NCBI GenBank assembly: GCA_951804945.1
Contig: OX638153.1
Span: forward strand, 67,146,001 to 67,210,000
Source: Podarcis cretensis
Lineage: Eukaryota
Length of the DNA: 64,000 bases
Reading direction: 5' to 3'
Position numbers and translations under genes: made by a program. How positions within the stretch are numbered: position 1 is the first letter of the stretch; each line of letters opens with the position of its first letter. Positions 62,036 to 64,000 of the stretch are shown in pieces. The notes beneath the pieces were generated by a model. The model did no database searches. It was not told where the DNA came from and saw only the letters and a program-made list of their open reading frames with translations.

Positions 62036-64000
62036 AGTGGCGGACCTTGGGGTCTCAAATTTCAGCAATACCATCTGCGACGCCAAAATTCACTGCCCCC
62101 CTACCTCTTCCATTCTACATCATAGTTGTGGTGCCCCCTACAACGCCCCTGAGACTCCGTGCCCAGTGCAACCAAACAATTCATGCTTCCCTAAATCCCC
62201 TTCTGCTCCTAGTCCTGATGCCCATTCCTGCTGTTTTAAACAGTGGCTTATGAATCCTCAAACAATTACCTGAACCAAGCCATCAACTTAGAAGTACTCT
62301 ATGTGTTTAAAAACCAAACCACATGGAATAGCCTCACAAATGACTGGCTGCCCCGCATTTCAGAAAACTCTCAGCAGATGGGAAAAGAGCATGTCATGGA
62401 GAAAACACCGAGCTTTCAGTGTGCATTTGGGGGCAACCTGAATTTAGTTACTAAATTGAACATATACTGGTGGTTTAAAAAATTCTTTGTTCCTGTTCTA
62501 CTTTTATCTTCCAGTGTTTCTGCAGCTACATATGCTGGCTATGGTAGGTTATATAAACAAATAACTGATTCTGTTTATTATTCTCTATACTGTGTTTCAG
62601 CATAATTGTATATTATTTCATATACTGTAATTGGATAGCAATGTTTATTCTTGTAAAAGTGAGCAGCTTAGAGTAAAGCAAATTTGTAAGAGCAGAAAAA
62701 AGGCTGGAGTCCAGATGTGGCTCAATCTATGGCATGCAAGGTTTCTTCTATTGATGAGAGAGAGAGAGAGAGAGAGAGAAGGAAAAAAGTGGTGTTAGTG
62801 CAGCGTTTGCTAGCTGGCTGTGGTTCCACGTGCAGGCCCGGGCTGATGGAAGTTGTAAAAACATCTTTAGGGCACCAAGTTGGCAAAGGCTGTGTTAGTA
62901 TATAACTTCTGCAACAGGCAGAAACTTCTCTTCTAGAGGGATTGCGAATGTAGACTGAATTTGAAGTTTCAGGAAATGAAATTTCCATGCATCCAGATGA
63001 CCCTGCTGTGCATAAAATTCTTAGAGGTAGGACAGTATTTTCAGCTGATTTGGGTTTTGGACATTGATGGAGAAGTGAAAAACAAATGTATTTAAAGATT
63101 AAGGAACAACAGGGCAAATTTGCACCGAAGGGGATTCAGCTGGAACTCACTGGAGCTCAGTGCTAGCACCTCTCATCTGGACGCCATTGCCGTTCTACGA
63201 CAATGAGGGAGGTGTTCATGGTGAGTTCCAGCAGCTCTTTTTCTAGAAAAATAGCACCCCCCTTCAGAGGGGCCAACCAATTCAACCTGGAAATTGTATC
63301 CAATTCAGTGAAAAAATTTAAAAGTTAGAAAAATATGTCAAGGTTCCCTGCACCAAATAAATCCTACAGTTTGGCTGGTCCCAGAAGAGCTCTGTTGCCT
63401 TCAAATTTCATCCATTTCTGTTTTCTGATTTCCCGCTATAGTCAATAGGAGGTGAGAAACAGGCCTTTGGACTTAAGAGATATAATGCGGTCCTGAATAA
63501 CAAGCCCAATCAGAAAGACAGTGGATCCCAAACAGCTCAAGTTGTTTTGTAACGTTTTGTGAAGCCTGTGACTGGTGCACATCACTAGGAAGCTAGCAGT
63601 GCATAAGGGAAACAGGAATGCGATGAAACAGAAGGGGCAGCCTGGCAAAAATATAATGGAGCAGCCTGATTAACAGATCTGCTGGATCTTAAACCCACTC
63701 ATTCTAGAAGATCTAACCTTAGGATTGTTCCCTATGTTGGTGGGGACAAATGAGTGAATTTCACCCCACTCTTTTGCAAAAGGGGCTTGGCTGGCATCCA
63801 CTTCATCATCTTTTAGCCATCAAATTAAGACCTTCTTTAAAATCCCCTTAGGAATTTTAATGATTTCTTACTTTGAAATAGTATTGGGGGAATCCTATGT
63901 CTTAAAACAATAGAAGGAAAGTTCTTACTTTGCTGCTTCAACTGCATTTAAAAACAAAACAAAATACCATGCCAAATGCTGTTGCTTATAATTTTTAATT

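Noticed and set aside
58-63648. Remaining short ORFs of 60-150 aa in the track
   Set aside because: No recognisable domains or splice-consistent structure; expected by chance or derived from repeats and microsatellites.
47518-64000. Search for the upstream glypican exon 2 (L..C....TCC...MEE motif)
   Set aside because: No matching minus-strand exon found by eye. It probably lies beyond the window, though a manual miss is possible.

Overview
Vertebrate genomic DNA, most likely from a lacertid lizard (inferred from Sauria/Squam1-type and Squam3-type SINEs). The whole window lies inside one minus-strand gene, a glypican of the GPC3/GPC5 subfamily. Three coding exons were recovered by hand, all with canonical AG/GT sites and compatible phases: 47517-46823 (695 bp), 5933-5800 (134 bp) and 314-189 (126 bp). 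The ORF track shows only part of this gene. The protein looks like a divergent GPC5-like paralog rather than true GPC5 or GPC3. The introns (40.9 kb, 5.5 kb and >16 kb) are packed with transposable elements: L1, L2, CR1, RTE and RTE-X-like LINE pieces, several tRNA-derived SINE families, solo LTRs, and hAT, Tc1/mariner and Harbinger MITEs, many with readable target-site duplications (TSDs). The most unusual structures are an L1 promoter+ORF1 fused directly to an L2 RT/3' end (34952-38733), a three-level RTE>L2>L1 nest carrying an unexplained 5' passenger (59264-60369), hypervariable and self-complementary L2 tails, and two SINEs with different tRNA heads on one CR1-type tail. I found no convincing evidence of a wholly new biological system, and no CRISPR, rRNA or intact tRNA. 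Family names come from recalled motifs, not database searches.
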